This document shows positions 12,390 to 24,744 of a DNA stretch of 28,130 nucleotides, one piece after another (within the stretch, counting starts at the first letter, position 1; each line of letters begins with the position of its first letter). A program made the position numbers and the translations under genes. The DNA is from Octopus sinensis (Eukaryota): the NCBI RefSeq assembly GCF_006345805.1, contig NW_021827522.1:1-28130 (forward strand). Direction: 5' to 3'. The notes under the pieces were generated by a model, which saw only the letters and a program-made list of their open reading frames with translations, ran no database searches and had not been told where the DNA came from.

Positions 12390-12561
12390 GCATATATATA
12401 TATATATAATATATATATATATTATATATATATATATATATATAATATATATATGTATATATATATACATGATTATATATATACATATATATATACATAA
12501 TATATACCATATATATATACATATATATGTATGATTATATATATATCTATAATGTATGTAT

Positions 12562-12595
<34 letters not shown>

Positions 12596-12800
12596 GCATA
12601 TATACGTATGTATATGCATATATACGTATGTTATATATATATATTATATATATATATATATACTTATATATATAAATATGCATGCATATATATATATATA
12701 CATATACATGTGTGTGTGTATGAGTATAATATATATATATATATATACATATATAGATGTGTGTGTGAGTATATATCTATATATGCACATGTATTCATGT
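12390..12800. repeat. (TA)n-rich compound microsatellite
   Basis: Direct inspection. Confidence 0.9.
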
Positions 12801-13324
12801 ACGCATGTGCGTTATACGGAACCACTTTATGCTCCGTTGTTGTTTTTACAAAATGGCAACCCTCACTTACGAACATGACATTAATGGCGCCGCTATTGCT
12901 TTTATATTATGACATTAATGACAAAATCTGTCCCACTGCATCAGTTTGCTCCAAATTCTTGTAGGTAATGTGTCTTTTATTCCTATCATTTATTTATGTT
13001 TTCATTTTATAACCAACTCTTACTTTTCTAACCAAAATTTCATGTCCTTTGTTTTCGCGGAATGATGGGACTATAATCTTTTCAGCCATTTTACTTATCT
13101 CATTTAAGCGCAATTAAATTCACGTAGATTTCTTTTTGTTGTATTTTATTCAGTTTGTTTCCCTTCTTGTTTTCTTCTTTATTTATTGCTTTTTTTTTCT
13201 CTTGTTTGTTTTGATTTCAGAGTGTGTTTGTGTTCACGTGTATGCGTGTAAGGGAGTGTTTGCGTTTGTGTTTCTACGTATGGTTGCTAGAGTAATATAA
13301 CTGACCGTTTTAGTTGTTGTTCTC

Positions 13325-13505
13325 AACGTCATCGTCACCATCATCGTCATCAGCACCAGCACCACCAGCACTACCAATACCACCGCTAACACCACGAACA
13401 CTAGTACCGGCATCATCATCAGTACCATCACAATTACCAACACTATCATCGTTGTCATCATGATCATTATCATCGCCACTATCATCATCACCATCCTCTT
13501 CAGCA
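13325..13505. repeat. Degenerate (CAT/CAC/CAG) trinucleotide mosaic
   Basis: Direct inspection; source of the Met/Val-rich minus ORF. Confidence 0.85.
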
Positions 13506-13538
13506 ACAGTATCTTGTGGGCAATAAAAAACCGCCTGC

Positions 13539-13853
13539 TATTATTATTTTGGTTTGGCTCAGATTTAGTCGTAACGCTGGTAGCATTTGCGTGGTTAGCG
13601 GGTTACTACACGTAACCTCAACTATCCACAGCTTTTCAGCTGTATTTCAAATACTGAGGAAGCTCTTGATAATCCTTGCTCTCCCTAAGAGACAAACTTT
13701 CTGTGGGAGTTCTACCGGTCATTCTATTCCAATCCCCTTCAACCATTTGTCTATATTTTTGCTTACTGTTCCCAACGCACCAACTATTATAGGCACGACC
13801 TTGACGGTTCTCATACTCCAAATTCTTGCAATTTCAAATTTTCAAGCATTTCC
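13539..13853 (-). mobile_element. 3' end of an R4/Dong/NeSL-type LINE (end of RLE endonuclease domain + 3' UTR + (AAT)n tail)
   Basis: Minus translation from 13835: EIARIWSMRTVKVVPIIVGALGTVSKNIDKWLKGIGIE*PVELPQKVCLLGRARIIKSFLSI* (stop 13647-13649), matching the RLE C-terminal consensus Ei.r.W....V.PvviGALG ... QK..LLGTA.I.R..L; short (AAT)n tail at 13539-13549. Confidence 0.85.
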
Positions 13854-13895
<42 letters not shown>

Positions 13896-14312
13896 TATTA
13901 TTATTATTATTATTGAGTGAGAGAGCAGTTCATGCCATCAAAGTGACACTGGGGTAAAATATACGAAGCCCAATATACCCATCATGACTACCCGTCTGAT
14001 AAGGCACGTGCATCACAACCATATGTGCGCGACATGGTGATCTTATATCAAGATAAACAGCACATGACCTTGCAGGTGGGGCCCAGTTAAAAATTTCTTT
14101 AGGTTGAGTAGCCCATCCCGCTCAAAAGGTCCCTGAATAAGGGTTGTTTAAGGATGTTGAAAGAACCACCCATGTTTCCAGAGGTGAATTATTCAAATCC
14201 CAAAGAATCCCTCTCAACACATGGCTATGATGCTCCCCCACTACTTCTGCTCGTGATCAGAGATGCACATATCGTCAGCCACTAAGGGACATGCTCAACT
14301 GGTTAACAATAG
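13854..14312 (-). mobile_element. Interspersed non-coding repeat with (AAT)n tail (SINE or LINE UTR, family unassigned)
   Basis: High-complexity, GC-richer ~395-bp block (13915-14309) bounded on both sides by (ATT)n (13854-13914 and 14313-14342); resembles a repeat I recall as abundant in octopus genomes (unverified). Confidence 0.5.
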
Positions 14313-14464
<152 letters not shown>

Positions 14465-15641
14465 ACAAATTTGGCCAGAGTTTGAAGAGATATTTGTTCT
14501 AAATTTTTCGTTTCTTACAACCTGTTTTCAAATCCTTCATAGATTACGCTCTCCATCTTTCGGGGAACAATATGGTATGCGACAAATTACATAATTTGGC
14601 CGATGCTATCAGCTAGTGTCCTTCACTCAAAATCTTTGGCTTTAAACTTAAACCTCTAACAATTAATTTCTTTTTCCTTTTTTTGGCGAAATTTTGTCTT
14701 GTTCTCATTATTGAAACTTAGGTATTTACAATACTTGCGAATGTAAGCTATGAAACGCGCTGTAAATGTGTTTCAATCCACCTATTGCCCGGACAAATTA
14801 ATCTCTTCTACGCCAAATTTTACAACCGCAAGATGAGGTAAGAATGCCCGGACTCGGTATTTGTCGCATTGGTTTTTCGCTAAATGAAACATTCCATCTA
14901 CACATGGCTCGAACACAGATCATAGCAAAATATCGCTATATTAAATTGGTTGATCCTGGCCTTTGGCAATTGGCCTTCGTGTAGAGATATTCGCAATTGA
15001 TTCAATGAGATGCCTTTGACAAAATATTTCATATATCTACTCTTACATCCCTTGATTGCAATGTACACTAGTTCGGATGGTTACATTATATTTAATCCAA
15101 AATTGAGACATTCACAAATGCTACAGCTTCAGGGTAGACGTCTGGGAGTAACAACGGGTAATTGGTGGCCGATACTTTCAATACACTGTAACACACCAAG
15201 AGTTTAATGTCATACTCAGGACCACATCTATTGTTCTGAATGGATATAAAAAATTGCATAGTGGTTTTAGTAGACAAAAACCACGTTTTTCAACAATGTG
15301 TAATTCCTTCTGTCTACATGAAACACAATAATTTAATTAGTGTTAATATATTTATTACAGAAGTAAGAAAAAAAAAAGAAAAAGAAAAAAAGAAACACAG
15401 ATGAAAATAACCCAATGATTAATTTTAGTTTCATGTTTTCTTCAACTAAAGTAATATTTTAGCTGCGTCAACAATATAATGTACTTCGTAACTAAGTTAA
15501 CAGATTATTGCGCTATGAAGTTTGGCTAGCGAAATAATGGAGGAGTATCAGTAACTTTATGAACAATATCATCAACATATACGTGTGTGCTGTGCTGTGT
15601 GTATGTATATGTATATATATATATATATATAATATATGTTA

Positions 15642-15799
15642 CAGGAGTGGCTGTGTGGTGAATATCTTGCTTACCAACCAGATGAGTCCGGGTTCAGTCT
15701 TACTACGTGGCACCGTGGGAAACTGTGTTCTACTATACACTCAGGCCAAACAAAGCCCTGTGAGGGGACTTAGTAGACGGAAACTGAAAGAAGACCGTC

Positions 15800-15845
<46 letters not shown>

Positions 15846-16050
15846 GTTTGTGTGTATGTGTTTGCCACACCCCACCATCGCTTAACAACAGATGTTGGTG
15901 TGTTTTTGTCGCCGTAACCTAGCGGTTTGTCGTAAGAGACAGATAGTATAAGTTCTAGGTTTACAAAGAATAAAATCTGGGGTCGATCTGTTCAACTAAA
16001 GACGGTGCTACAGCACGGCCACAGTCAAATGACTGAAACAGATAAAAGAA
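15642..16050 (+). mobile_element. Full-length SINE family A
   Basis: GGAGTGGCTGTGTGG A box, GGTTCAGTC B box, central (TA)n, tail CAGTCAAATGACTGAAACAGATAAAAGAA. Confidence 0.9.
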
Positions 16051-16704
16051 TTTCATGACAAGAAACATACCGTGTGTGTCAACCCAACACCATTTCGGCG
16101 ATTGAGGGAACTGTTTCAAAGAGAGAAAGAGCGGGAAACTCGTGGAGAAAGGATATGAAACCGCAGTATGTTATGGGTTTTTTCAGCGATTAACAAAAAT
16201 ACAAAGCTACATGAATGCAGAATGGATTGGAACTCAGTGAACCTTTACTTATGCAGCAACGGTTATTGTTATCAAACGATCTAACGCGTGTGCTATTTCC
16301 ATTGTTTTACGTTGGGTGAATTTAGTAAATATAACAGAAAAAATTGGTTAAGTAAAGAATAAATCAGAATATAAGACATACAACCCACTTGACACAGAGA
16401 AGTTGCTTTAATGTAAATGACTTTGCTTCAAGTCAAGAGAGACCATTATTAATAGGAAAGCATGGCATTTGATGGTCGGCACTTGACAAGGTCACTTTTC
16501 AGACAGGTCCACAAGGTAGGTTTCAATATATTTGCTACGTCTCTATTTACTTATGGTTCTGTTTTCAAGTGAATACAAACTCCGTGAACTTTACAACACT
16601 CTTTGTCATTAATCTCATCAAAGATTTCGATTTTATTTAGCCCCAGGACAAAACTGACTCTTGAGAGTAATCGGCAAATGTGTTCCAGGTAGGTGAGAAT
16701 ATCC

Positions 16705-16815
16705 TGACACACATATATATATATGTATATGTATATGTATATATATATATATTTATACATATATATACATATATATATACATATATATATACATATATAT
16801 ATACATATATGTATA

Positions 16816-16850
<35 letters not shown>

Positions 16851-16851
16851 A

Positions 16852-16884
<33 letters not shown>

Positions 16885-16910
16885 TTGTGTGTGTGTGTGT
16901 ATGTATATAT
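16705..16910. repeat. (TA)/(TACA)/(TC)/(TG) microsatellite
   Basis: Direct inspection. Confidence 0.9.
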
Positions 16911-17279
16911 CTTCCGCATTCGTTTATATTGCGCAATGCATCGCTTCTTTCTAAATGGCAGTGAGGTTGAATTTTTAGGGAATGATGCTGCTGTTTCTAC
17001 CAGGGTTTAGTAGTATTTACAAAACGAAAACAACAAGCGATCGCGTTGTAGTATAAGTACAGTAATTCAGTGAGAAGAACTTTATAGATTCACTGGTGGA
17101 CACAAAATATAAAAATCGATAAAAGGGTTATAGCGCATGCTTTAGTATTTACAGGATGTCTTAAACAAAAAGAATGAATACACACACACATACACACACG
17201 TACACACTCGCAAACACACGAACACACATATACATACATATGAAACCAAATACGCATTAATAAAAAATAATATGATGCA

Positions 17280-17321
<42 letters not shown>

Positions 17322-17324
<3 letters not shown>

Positions 17325-17591
17325 CAGGGTGGCTCAAAAGTAAGTCTACACTCATTCAACTGTTTCTTTCATATTCATATATTAACAGTTTAGATCTTAA
17401 TTACAAAAAAAAAAATCTGAAACCATTATTCCACAAGATGGAGCACCTCCACAATAACCGTTGAGAATAAGAGACTTCGTTATCTAAGCCTTTCCACAGC
17501 GTTGCTTTGGAATACGGGGCAGCATTGAATGGCCACCACGTTCGCATGAACATCAGTGAATTTATTTTTTCGAGGTGTTGTAAAGAACAAG

Positions 17592-17600
<9 letters not shown>
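17322..17600 (+). mobile_element. Internally deleted Tc1/mariner-family transposon remnant
   Basis: TA + CAGGGTGGCTCAAAAGTAAG TIR-like start after a TA tract; frameshifted transposase motifs QDGAPP (17434-17451), IEWPPRS (17524-17544), GVVKNKVYE (17574-17600), cf. FQQDGAPPH, WPPRSPDL, WG.LK.KVY; no matching right TIR seen. Confidence 0.8.
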
Positions 17601-17634
<34 letters not shown>

Positions 17635-18519
17635 TCTTACATATATACGCATATACAAATACGCATATACAAATACGCAATTATCCGCACACACCAACGT
17701 GCGCACACATACGCACGCACACACACATATGATAAAAAATAGGAACTAATGATAAAGGATGTAATGGAATGTAAAGAAACGAGAGAAAACTGGCAGTAAT
17801 TCTGGAAAAATGTCCCAAGGAAATAACACTATCTCTGCCCAGGATTTGAACAACAGAAGACCAAAAAATATATGTTAAGTAACTTAAGTTGTAAATTGCC
17901 TTTTTATTAAATTTTTTTTCCGCTTCCAGAGAAGTTTAACCAATCATGTGTTGAAATTGTCATCAACACCTTAGAAGCAAGGGACATATCTTTAAGCAAA
18001 AAATAAACAAAAATAAAATAATAATTCTCAAAATTTAAGAAGCCATGAAAGCAGACAGAAGAAAATAATACCAAGAAAGAAATGCTCTGAGATGATCTGA
18101 AGACAAGGGGATTACTCTAGAAGACAATGCAGAATATTCTGTATTGACATCAACGAAAGACATCGTGTAATTCGTAATTTAAATAGCGAATGATAAATAG
18201 TAGAGCAGATATTGATGCGGTCTCCGGATATGATTGCGTATCTTCTATAACATATTCTGACAGATTATATACCTTGGGGAAGGACACCATATTTGCATTT
18301 GTATGAACTGATAAGGTCTATGTTATATCAATGTGTTATGAAGTAATCGCTTGATAATTAGTCAGAATATCGCGATAGATATTTGCATTTGTAATCATAA
18401 AGTTGACTAGATCGTCTTCGAATCCCCATTTCAAATAAGTTTTAAGGGAATATCTTTAGGATTTTAATATGAATAAGAACGTCAGTAAATCTTGAATTTT
18501 CAATGTGAACAGTAATATT

Positions 18520-18737
18520 AGTTTGAAATTTTGGTACAACGCCAGCATTTGAATGGGTGAGGTTTAGTCGAGTCGATTACATCGTCCCCAGTATTCAACT
18601 GGTACTTGGTTTATCGGCCTCGAAAGTATCAAAGTCAAAGTCGGCCTCAAGAGAATTTGCTCTCAGAATGTGCAGACAGACGAAATGACGCTAAGCATTC
18701 TGGTCAACCTGCTAAAGATACTTCCAGGTCCCGCTTT
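18520..18737 (-). mobile_element. Diverged tRNA-derived SINE, family C
   Basis: Contains GTCGATTACATCGTCCCCAGT...ACTGGTACTT...AAAGTCAAAGTCGGCCTC...CTCAGAATG...GACGAAATGACGCTAAGCATT; inversely homologous to 18770-18905. Confidence 0.6.
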
Positions 18738-18769
18738 ATGTATTAAATAAAATTAGCATTTTTTTTTTA

Positions 18770-18905
18770 AACGAAGAGCTAGCAGATCCTTTACGGTATC
18801 GGAGAGAATGCCTAGCAACGTTTTCCGATTTTACTTTCTGATTTCAAATGCTGTCTGGGTCGACTTTGTATTTTACTATTTTTTGGACCGATAAAGTGAG
18901 TACAA
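18770..18905 (+). mobile_element. Diverged 5' portion of SINE family C
   Basis: GAGCTAGCAGA...GAATGCCTAGC...TTCTGATTTCAAATGC...GGTCGACTTTG...CCGATAAA is the reverse complement of the 18580-18737 segment with substitutions. Confidence 0.5.
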
Positions 18906-19849
18906 ATTGTGTAATGGCATTTATGTAATAGATTTTCCTTACCCACGAAATTACTGGCCTTACTCCAAATATTGAAATTAATATTTCATTTATTGTTTTG
19001 GCTTCATGCACTAACCCTCTTTAATGTTTGATATACACAGTATTGAAGTGCTTCTTTAATGAATCTAGTTTTAAATTTTGAACATTTAAAGATAAGTTCG
19101 AAACCCATCCTCACATTGCACCACAGTAAAATTTCTCTTACTGAATTTTAAGTGTGTAATAATTCTGATAAAAATAATGCTTACCTATAATTTCTATGCC
19201 GTACTTGTCTTTACCTGTTAAAGCACACAATTTTCGCTAGGTATTTGCTTATTTGCCACATACAATAAAATTCCTGACATATTTATATTTTATGTAGCTT
19301 CAAAGAATTTTCACTTCACACAAAAAATCCCTACCATTTATGTTTTAGACTTTATACACCCAAAAGACCTCCATAAAAAATGTTCAAATAAAAAATATAG
19401 AAACATAATAAATAAATTAAATGAAAGTTATGCTCTCGAAGAAAACTTTGCCTAGGCCTTTAAAGTTGGACGCATGTTTTTATTATTTTTTTTGAAGTTG
19501 ATTAATGCATTAGGGGATTAATATTAATCAAAACCGATCCCGTTTCTATATCACGATCTGCTGATATAGTGTATTAGTGGCTTTTTAACGAGATTATATT
19601 CCCCTTGCAAGAAAACCATAAAAAGACATGATTTTACTTAGATTCTGAATTGGATATTCATCTCACGGGGATCCCTATTTTGTTTTCCCCAACAATAAAA
19701 AATAAATGAAAATAATAAAGTTATATATTTCTTGCCTTGGCACGGCTAAGTAATGAAGATTATGTATTTTGAATTAATCCCAGTAGACGGGACGAAGATG
19801 AAAATCATATTATATACTACATACTCTATACTTTTATTTGGAGTTTATG

Positions 19850-19893
<44 letters not shown>

Positions 19894-20290
19894 CCTTCAT
19901 CTTTCTATACTTACGTACTTACATACACAAAACACACACACACATATAAAGGTATAAATGAACGCATGCATAGACATATGCATGTATGTGTATCTGCGTG
20001 TGATAGTTTGATTTGTTTTCTTTTGAGAAAAAAATGCAATATTTATTAAGTTTGCCTTGAAATGTCACACGACGCCCCCCCGACACACACACACAAACAC
20101 ACACAAACGCACACGCACATATATATATATATATATACACACACATACAAATGTATATGCATAAACATATGTTATATTTTGTATATTCATTGATGCATAT
20201 ATATGTGCGTGCGTGTGTGTGTGTGTCCTTCTTTGTATGTATGTGTGTGTGTGTGTGTGTCCTTCTTTGTATGTGTTTCTGTGTCTTTAT
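19850..20290. repeat. Interrupted (TA)/(CA)/(TG) microsatellite region
   Basis: Direct inspection. Confidence 0.8.
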
Positions 20291-20739
20291 ATTTACATAT
20301 TAGCATAAATATACTCTGCATTGTAGAAGGACACGTAAGTGAACACTAACAATCGTTTGTGTACATAGCCTAGACTAGAAAATTCCAGTATCATTTTATT
20401 TTTTATCTATTCTGCACATCAAGATTTCATTACTACATAAACCTTCAGAGAGGGCAAGTATCCTCTCTGTACAACCTACAAAATGAAAGTTTCTAAGTGG
20501 AGCAATAATGTGCAGATCTAACCCAACCTGTCCTAGTCACAATGAAACATGTATAAGTGCCATTGTGTGATGTGATACAGACAATAAATGGACGGTGCAG
20601 CACAATGTAGATCCTCACAAGCTAAAACAAGCGGCACCGATATCACGTAAGTAGAAGTGTATATGCAATTAGAAATTCCTCTTGCAGACATTTGACTTTT
20701 AATTACATCTGTGTTTCACTGATGCATATCACAGTAACA

Positions 20740-21134
20740 GTGGAGGCGCAATGGCCCAGTGGTTAGGGCAAGGGACTCGCGGTCATAGGATCGCGGTTTC
20801 GATTCCCAGACCGGGTGTTGTGAGTGTTTATTGAGCGAAAACACCTAAAAGCTCCACGAGTCTCCGGCAGGGGATGGTGGTGATCCCTGCTGTACTCTTT
20901 CACCACAACTTTCCCTCACTCTTACTTCCTGTTTCTGTTGTACCTGTATTTCAAAGGGCCGGCCTTGTCACTCTCCGTGTCACGCTGAATATCCCCGAGA
21001 ACTACGTTAAGGGTACACGTGTCTGTGGAGTGCTCAGCCACTTACACGTTAATTTCACGAGCAGGCTGTTCCGTTGATTCGGATCAACCGGAACCCTCAT
21101 CGTCGTAACCGACGGAGTGCTTCCATTCCATTCC
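20740..21134 (+). mobile_element. Full-length SINE family B with 12-bp target-site duplication
   Basis: A box TGGCCCAGTGG, B box GTTTCGATTCC, (TTCCA)n tail; TSD ATCACAGTAACA at 20728-20739 and 21135-21146. Confidence 0.95.
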
Positions 21135-21289
21135 ATCACAGTAACAAAACCAAGATATGTAACTTCAATATATTGCATCAAATTACTTGCAGCCACGGTT
21201 CAGTGTCTTTAGCGTTTAATATTTTTGTTTTTTTTATTTACCTATTTTGATAGTGTAGAATATAAGACCCAAAGTCCTTATATTTTTCG

Positions 21290-21355
21290 ATTAAGCGCTT
21301 GAAGGCCGTGCGGTAGCATGGCCGCATTCCAATGACTGAAAATGTTAACAAGTAC
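21290..21355 (+). mobile_element. Degenerate SINE tail remnant
   Basis: AGCATGGCCGCATTCCAATGACTGAAA resembles the family A tail. Confidence 0.45.
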
Positions 21356-22399
21356 AAAATACTTTTTCACGACCTCTCCGTTCTTGATTTATTTCTTGCC
21401 CCGGTAACTCCATTATCAATGAAGGTGACCGGAATACAACACACTAAGTTGGCCGCAGACAATGCAGAAGAAGACTATCGCTCTGGAAAACCTAAACAGT
21501 GAAGGCAGAGTGTGAAAATAATAGTTGATGCCTGGAAATGTGTTACAGCAAACTGTTGACTTAGCAGAACCACCACTTTCTTTTGCTTTACATATTTCTG
21601 AATGATGTCGCATTGACTTGTGTATAAATCTCACCATGGTACAGGACATTTTTCCCTTCGTAGTTTTAGCTTTACACTTGCATAATTTGCATCCCGCCTT
21701 TTCCATTTACAATCAGATATAAAACACTGCAGCTTAAACACAAAGTAAAATAACGTTCTTCAGATTCCATCCATTCCTTTCTCTCTCCTTTTCTCTCTCC
21801 CTCTGATGGAGTGAATTATTGTTTCTCTGCCACATGTAGCGGTTCTTTGTTCAAAATTCGGGCTATAAAATCTCATGAAGAATAAACAACCTCGAATTCA
21901 TTACAATATTCATTATCAAAGGTTACTTTCGGGTAAAGACAATTATTGTACATAATCCGTTTTGTTTAAATAGTTGGAAAAAAAAATGCGCAAAATTTGT
22001 GTTCTCTCTTGTTTGCATAATTCGAGGTGTCTTAAATCACAAATCAAAATATAATCACAGCGTGTTGGTAGTATTTTGTCGAGTTTGTTTAGGGAACGTT
22101 TGTGCTTGCAGGGATTAGTGTGATATCTGCGATAGCTAAAATTTAGGAATCGGTATAATTAATAGGTTTATAATTATTCATTTACGTATGTTGATCAAAT
22201 CCACGTCCATATGCAAACAAATCGTCGAACGGAAATGAAATACAAACATCAATGCGTAGCGAACGTGTGTGTATGCCCTGCACACACATGCAGACAAGGA
22301 CAAACACCCGTACCTAGCAACGAATACACACATAGATACACGTATGTTCATACACGTGAAAACACTCTAACGGACAAGGTATAGTGAACTGCAAAGAAG

Positions 22400-22448
22400 C
22401 AATTTTACACAGATTGGGCCCTTCACATACACACACACACACACACAT

Positions 22449-22484
<36 letters not shown>

Positions 22485-22730
22485 GCACTCACACATACAT
22501 ACATCAACCATAACACAAATACGCAGATACATGCGCACGCACGCATATATAGGTGCGAAAATACCAACGCACAACACATCCGAAATGCGTAGAAAAAATA
22601 TGCATACATTGGAAACTCCACACATATACTCACACACACGCCAACGAAACTCACGCACACACACGCACTCAGACATACACACTCGAATCCATAAAACCAG
22701 TCTCATACACGCATGCATATATACACACTG
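22400..22730. repeat. Interrupted (CA)n region
   Basis: Direct inspection; source of His/Thr-rich ORFs. Confidence 0.8.
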
Positions 22731-22754
22731 CAACGATAATTATGCAAGATACTT

Positions 22755-23062
22755 GCAGGTTTGTTTGATTTATGAAAAATATGCAGGTTTGTTTGATTTA
22801 TGAAAAATATGCAGGTTTGTTTGATTTATGAAAAATATGCAGGTTTGTTTGATTTATGAAAAATATGCAGGTTTGTTTGATTTATGAAAAATATGCAGGT
22901 TTGTTTGATTTATGAAAAAATATGAGGGTTTGTTTGATTTATGAAAAATATGCAGGTTTGTTTGATTTATGAAAAATATGCAGGTTTGTTTGATTTATGA
23001 AAAATATGCAGGTTTGTTTGATTTATGAAAAATATGCAGGTTTGTTTGATTTATGAAAAATA
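22755..23062 (+). repeat. Minisatellite, 11 copies of 28-bp unit GCAGGTTTGTTTGATTTATGAAAAATAT
   Basis: Units start 22755, 22783, 22811, 22839, 22867, 22895, 22924, 22952, 22980, 23008, 23036; variants are an extra A in unit 6 and GAGGG in unit 7; last unit is truncated. Confidence 0.98.
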
Positions 23063-23183
23063 AAAGAAATCTCTCCAAGCGCTAACAGCACTGCCACCTT
23101 CACTATCATGTATACTCTATGCGTCAATCCCACCCTGCCCACCCGTCAGTAACTAATGCTAACAACATCCCAACCTTCAATAT

Positions 23184-23596
23184 ACTCTTTTTTTTTACTC
23201 TTTTTACTTGTTTCAGTCATTTGACTGCGGCCATGCTGGAGAACCGCCTTTAGTCGAGCAAATCGACCCCGGGACTTATTCTTTGTAAGCCCAGTACTTA
23301 TTCTATCGGTCTCTTTTGCCGAATCGCTAAGTTACGGGGACGTAAACACACCAGCATCGGTTGTCAAGCAATGCTAGGGGAACAAACACAGACACACAAA
23401 CATATTCACACACACTTATATATATATACATATATACGACAGGCTTCTTTCAGTTTCCGTCTACCAAATCCACTCACAAGGCATTGGTCGGCCCGGGGCT
23501 ATAGCAGAAGACACGTGCCCAAGATGCCACGCAGTGGGACTGAACCCGGAACCATGTGGTTGGTTAGCAAGCTACTTACCAAACAGCCACTCCTGC
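23184..23596 (-). mobile_element. Full-length SINE family A
   Basis: GGAGTGGCTGTTTGG A box, GGTTCAGTCCC B box, AAAAGAG-type tail; homologous to the other copies. Confidence 0.92.
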
Positions 23597-23629
23597 AGCA
23601 ACATTCCCTATAGTTATCAGCACCACTGT

Positions 23630-24170
23630 CATGGCTATCACCATCATCATCATCATCATCATCATCATTATGCCCATCATCGTCGTCTCTGATGTTGCTG
23701 TTGTTGTTGTTGCTGGTGTCGTCGTCACGACGCTTGCTTCATGTCGTTAACATTTTTAACAACACTGTCAACAAAATGCCCGCCGCCATATTTAATACAT
23801 TATCAGTCAAACTGTAAAGAACACCAGAATGTCCAAATTCAATGCTCGAATTACTACTACTACTACTGCTGCTACCACCACAACCACCACCACCACCACC
23901 ACCACCAGAACCACCACCTCCACCACCACCACCACCACCACCACAACCACCAGCACCACAACCACCGGCACCACCACCAACCTACCCACCACTACCCATC
24001 AATACTATCACCGCTACCACAAGAACAACAACAACTACTACTACTACTACTACTACTACTACCGCTGCTGCGCTGTGGCTGCTACTACTACAATTACAGT
24101 CACTACAATCTGGCCAAATGCCATCATGCTACTATCTTCACAACACCACCACCAACACATGTAGCATCAC
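23630..24170. repeat. Trinucleotide mosaic (CAT/TGT/CTA/CCA/CAA)
   Basis: Direct inspection; yields poly-T, poly-H and poly-P ORFs in all three frames. Confidence 0.9.
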
Positions 24171-24661
24171 CGCGACTATCTATTATGAAGATAAGCATCA
24201 ACTCCGGTACCACCAAAAGAAATCCATCTGTATGAATACAAGAAAATTCACGGTTATCTCTCTATATTTTCTGTAGATCGATCACTGCAAGTTAGGATGT
24301 TTCTTAAACAATTACATATATGAAAACAATGTAATCGAAAATAGTGAAAATAGCTAATAAGTGTACATGCATATTTCAAGGATTATTGCCCTTTCGTCAG
24401 TACCACATCTAAACCATGAACTTTCTTAGAACGCATTGCGTAAATATTCACTATGTTTTAACGTTGAAAATCTATGGGATATACCAATTTACGTATTAAC
24501 ACATTATTTATAACTGGTATGTATATTTTTCTGGTCTCTCCAATTATGTTACGTTGCTAAAAGTTTCAGGGTGTTTATGCATTGTGTTCGAGGAAAGGTG
24601 GTGGGTTACTGATGCATTGTAAAAGTGTTCACGTGAAGGTTTTTATTCATACTATATATAT

Positions 24662-24698
24662 ATTTTTTTCTTGTTTCAGCTCCGAGCTGCGGCCATGC

Positions 24699-24699
<1 letters not shown>
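24662..24699 (-). mobile_element. Short SINE 3'-end fragment
   Basis: TTGTTTCAGCTCCGAGCTGCGGCCATGCT resembles SINE tail TTGTTTCAGTCATTTGACTGCGGCCATGCT. Confidence 0.45.

Positions 24700-24744
<45 letters not shown>

Noticed and set aside
16490-16703. Possible small exons (plus 16641-16688; minus 16551-16703)
   Set aside because: The minus candidate has stops in all frames; the plus candidate is short with ordinary signals and no partner exon
17929-18006. Strong acceptor TTTTTTCCGCTTCCAG followed by KFNQSCVEIVINTLEARDISLSKK*
   Set aside because: Could be a terminal exon, but it is unrecognisable and such acceptors are common in T-rich DNA; needs RNA-seq
18289-18393. Two octamer motifs (ATTTGCAT) in a 15-bp repeat 90 bp apart
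   Set aside because: The motif also occurs elsewhere in this AT-rich window; no snRNA or other context
21416-21706. 96-aa Cys/Lys-rich ORF resembling a BED zinc finger (CKLC)
   Set aside because: The His pair spacing does not fit and no hAT transposase follows
22755-23062. CRISPR-like 28-bp repeat array
   Set aside because: Units are contiguous with no spacers, and the context is eukaryotic; it is a minisatellite
23741-24276. Mucin-, collagen- or poly-His-like ORFs (poly-T/P/H)
   Set aside because: All three frames are open because of trinucleotide repeats; no unique domain or splice support
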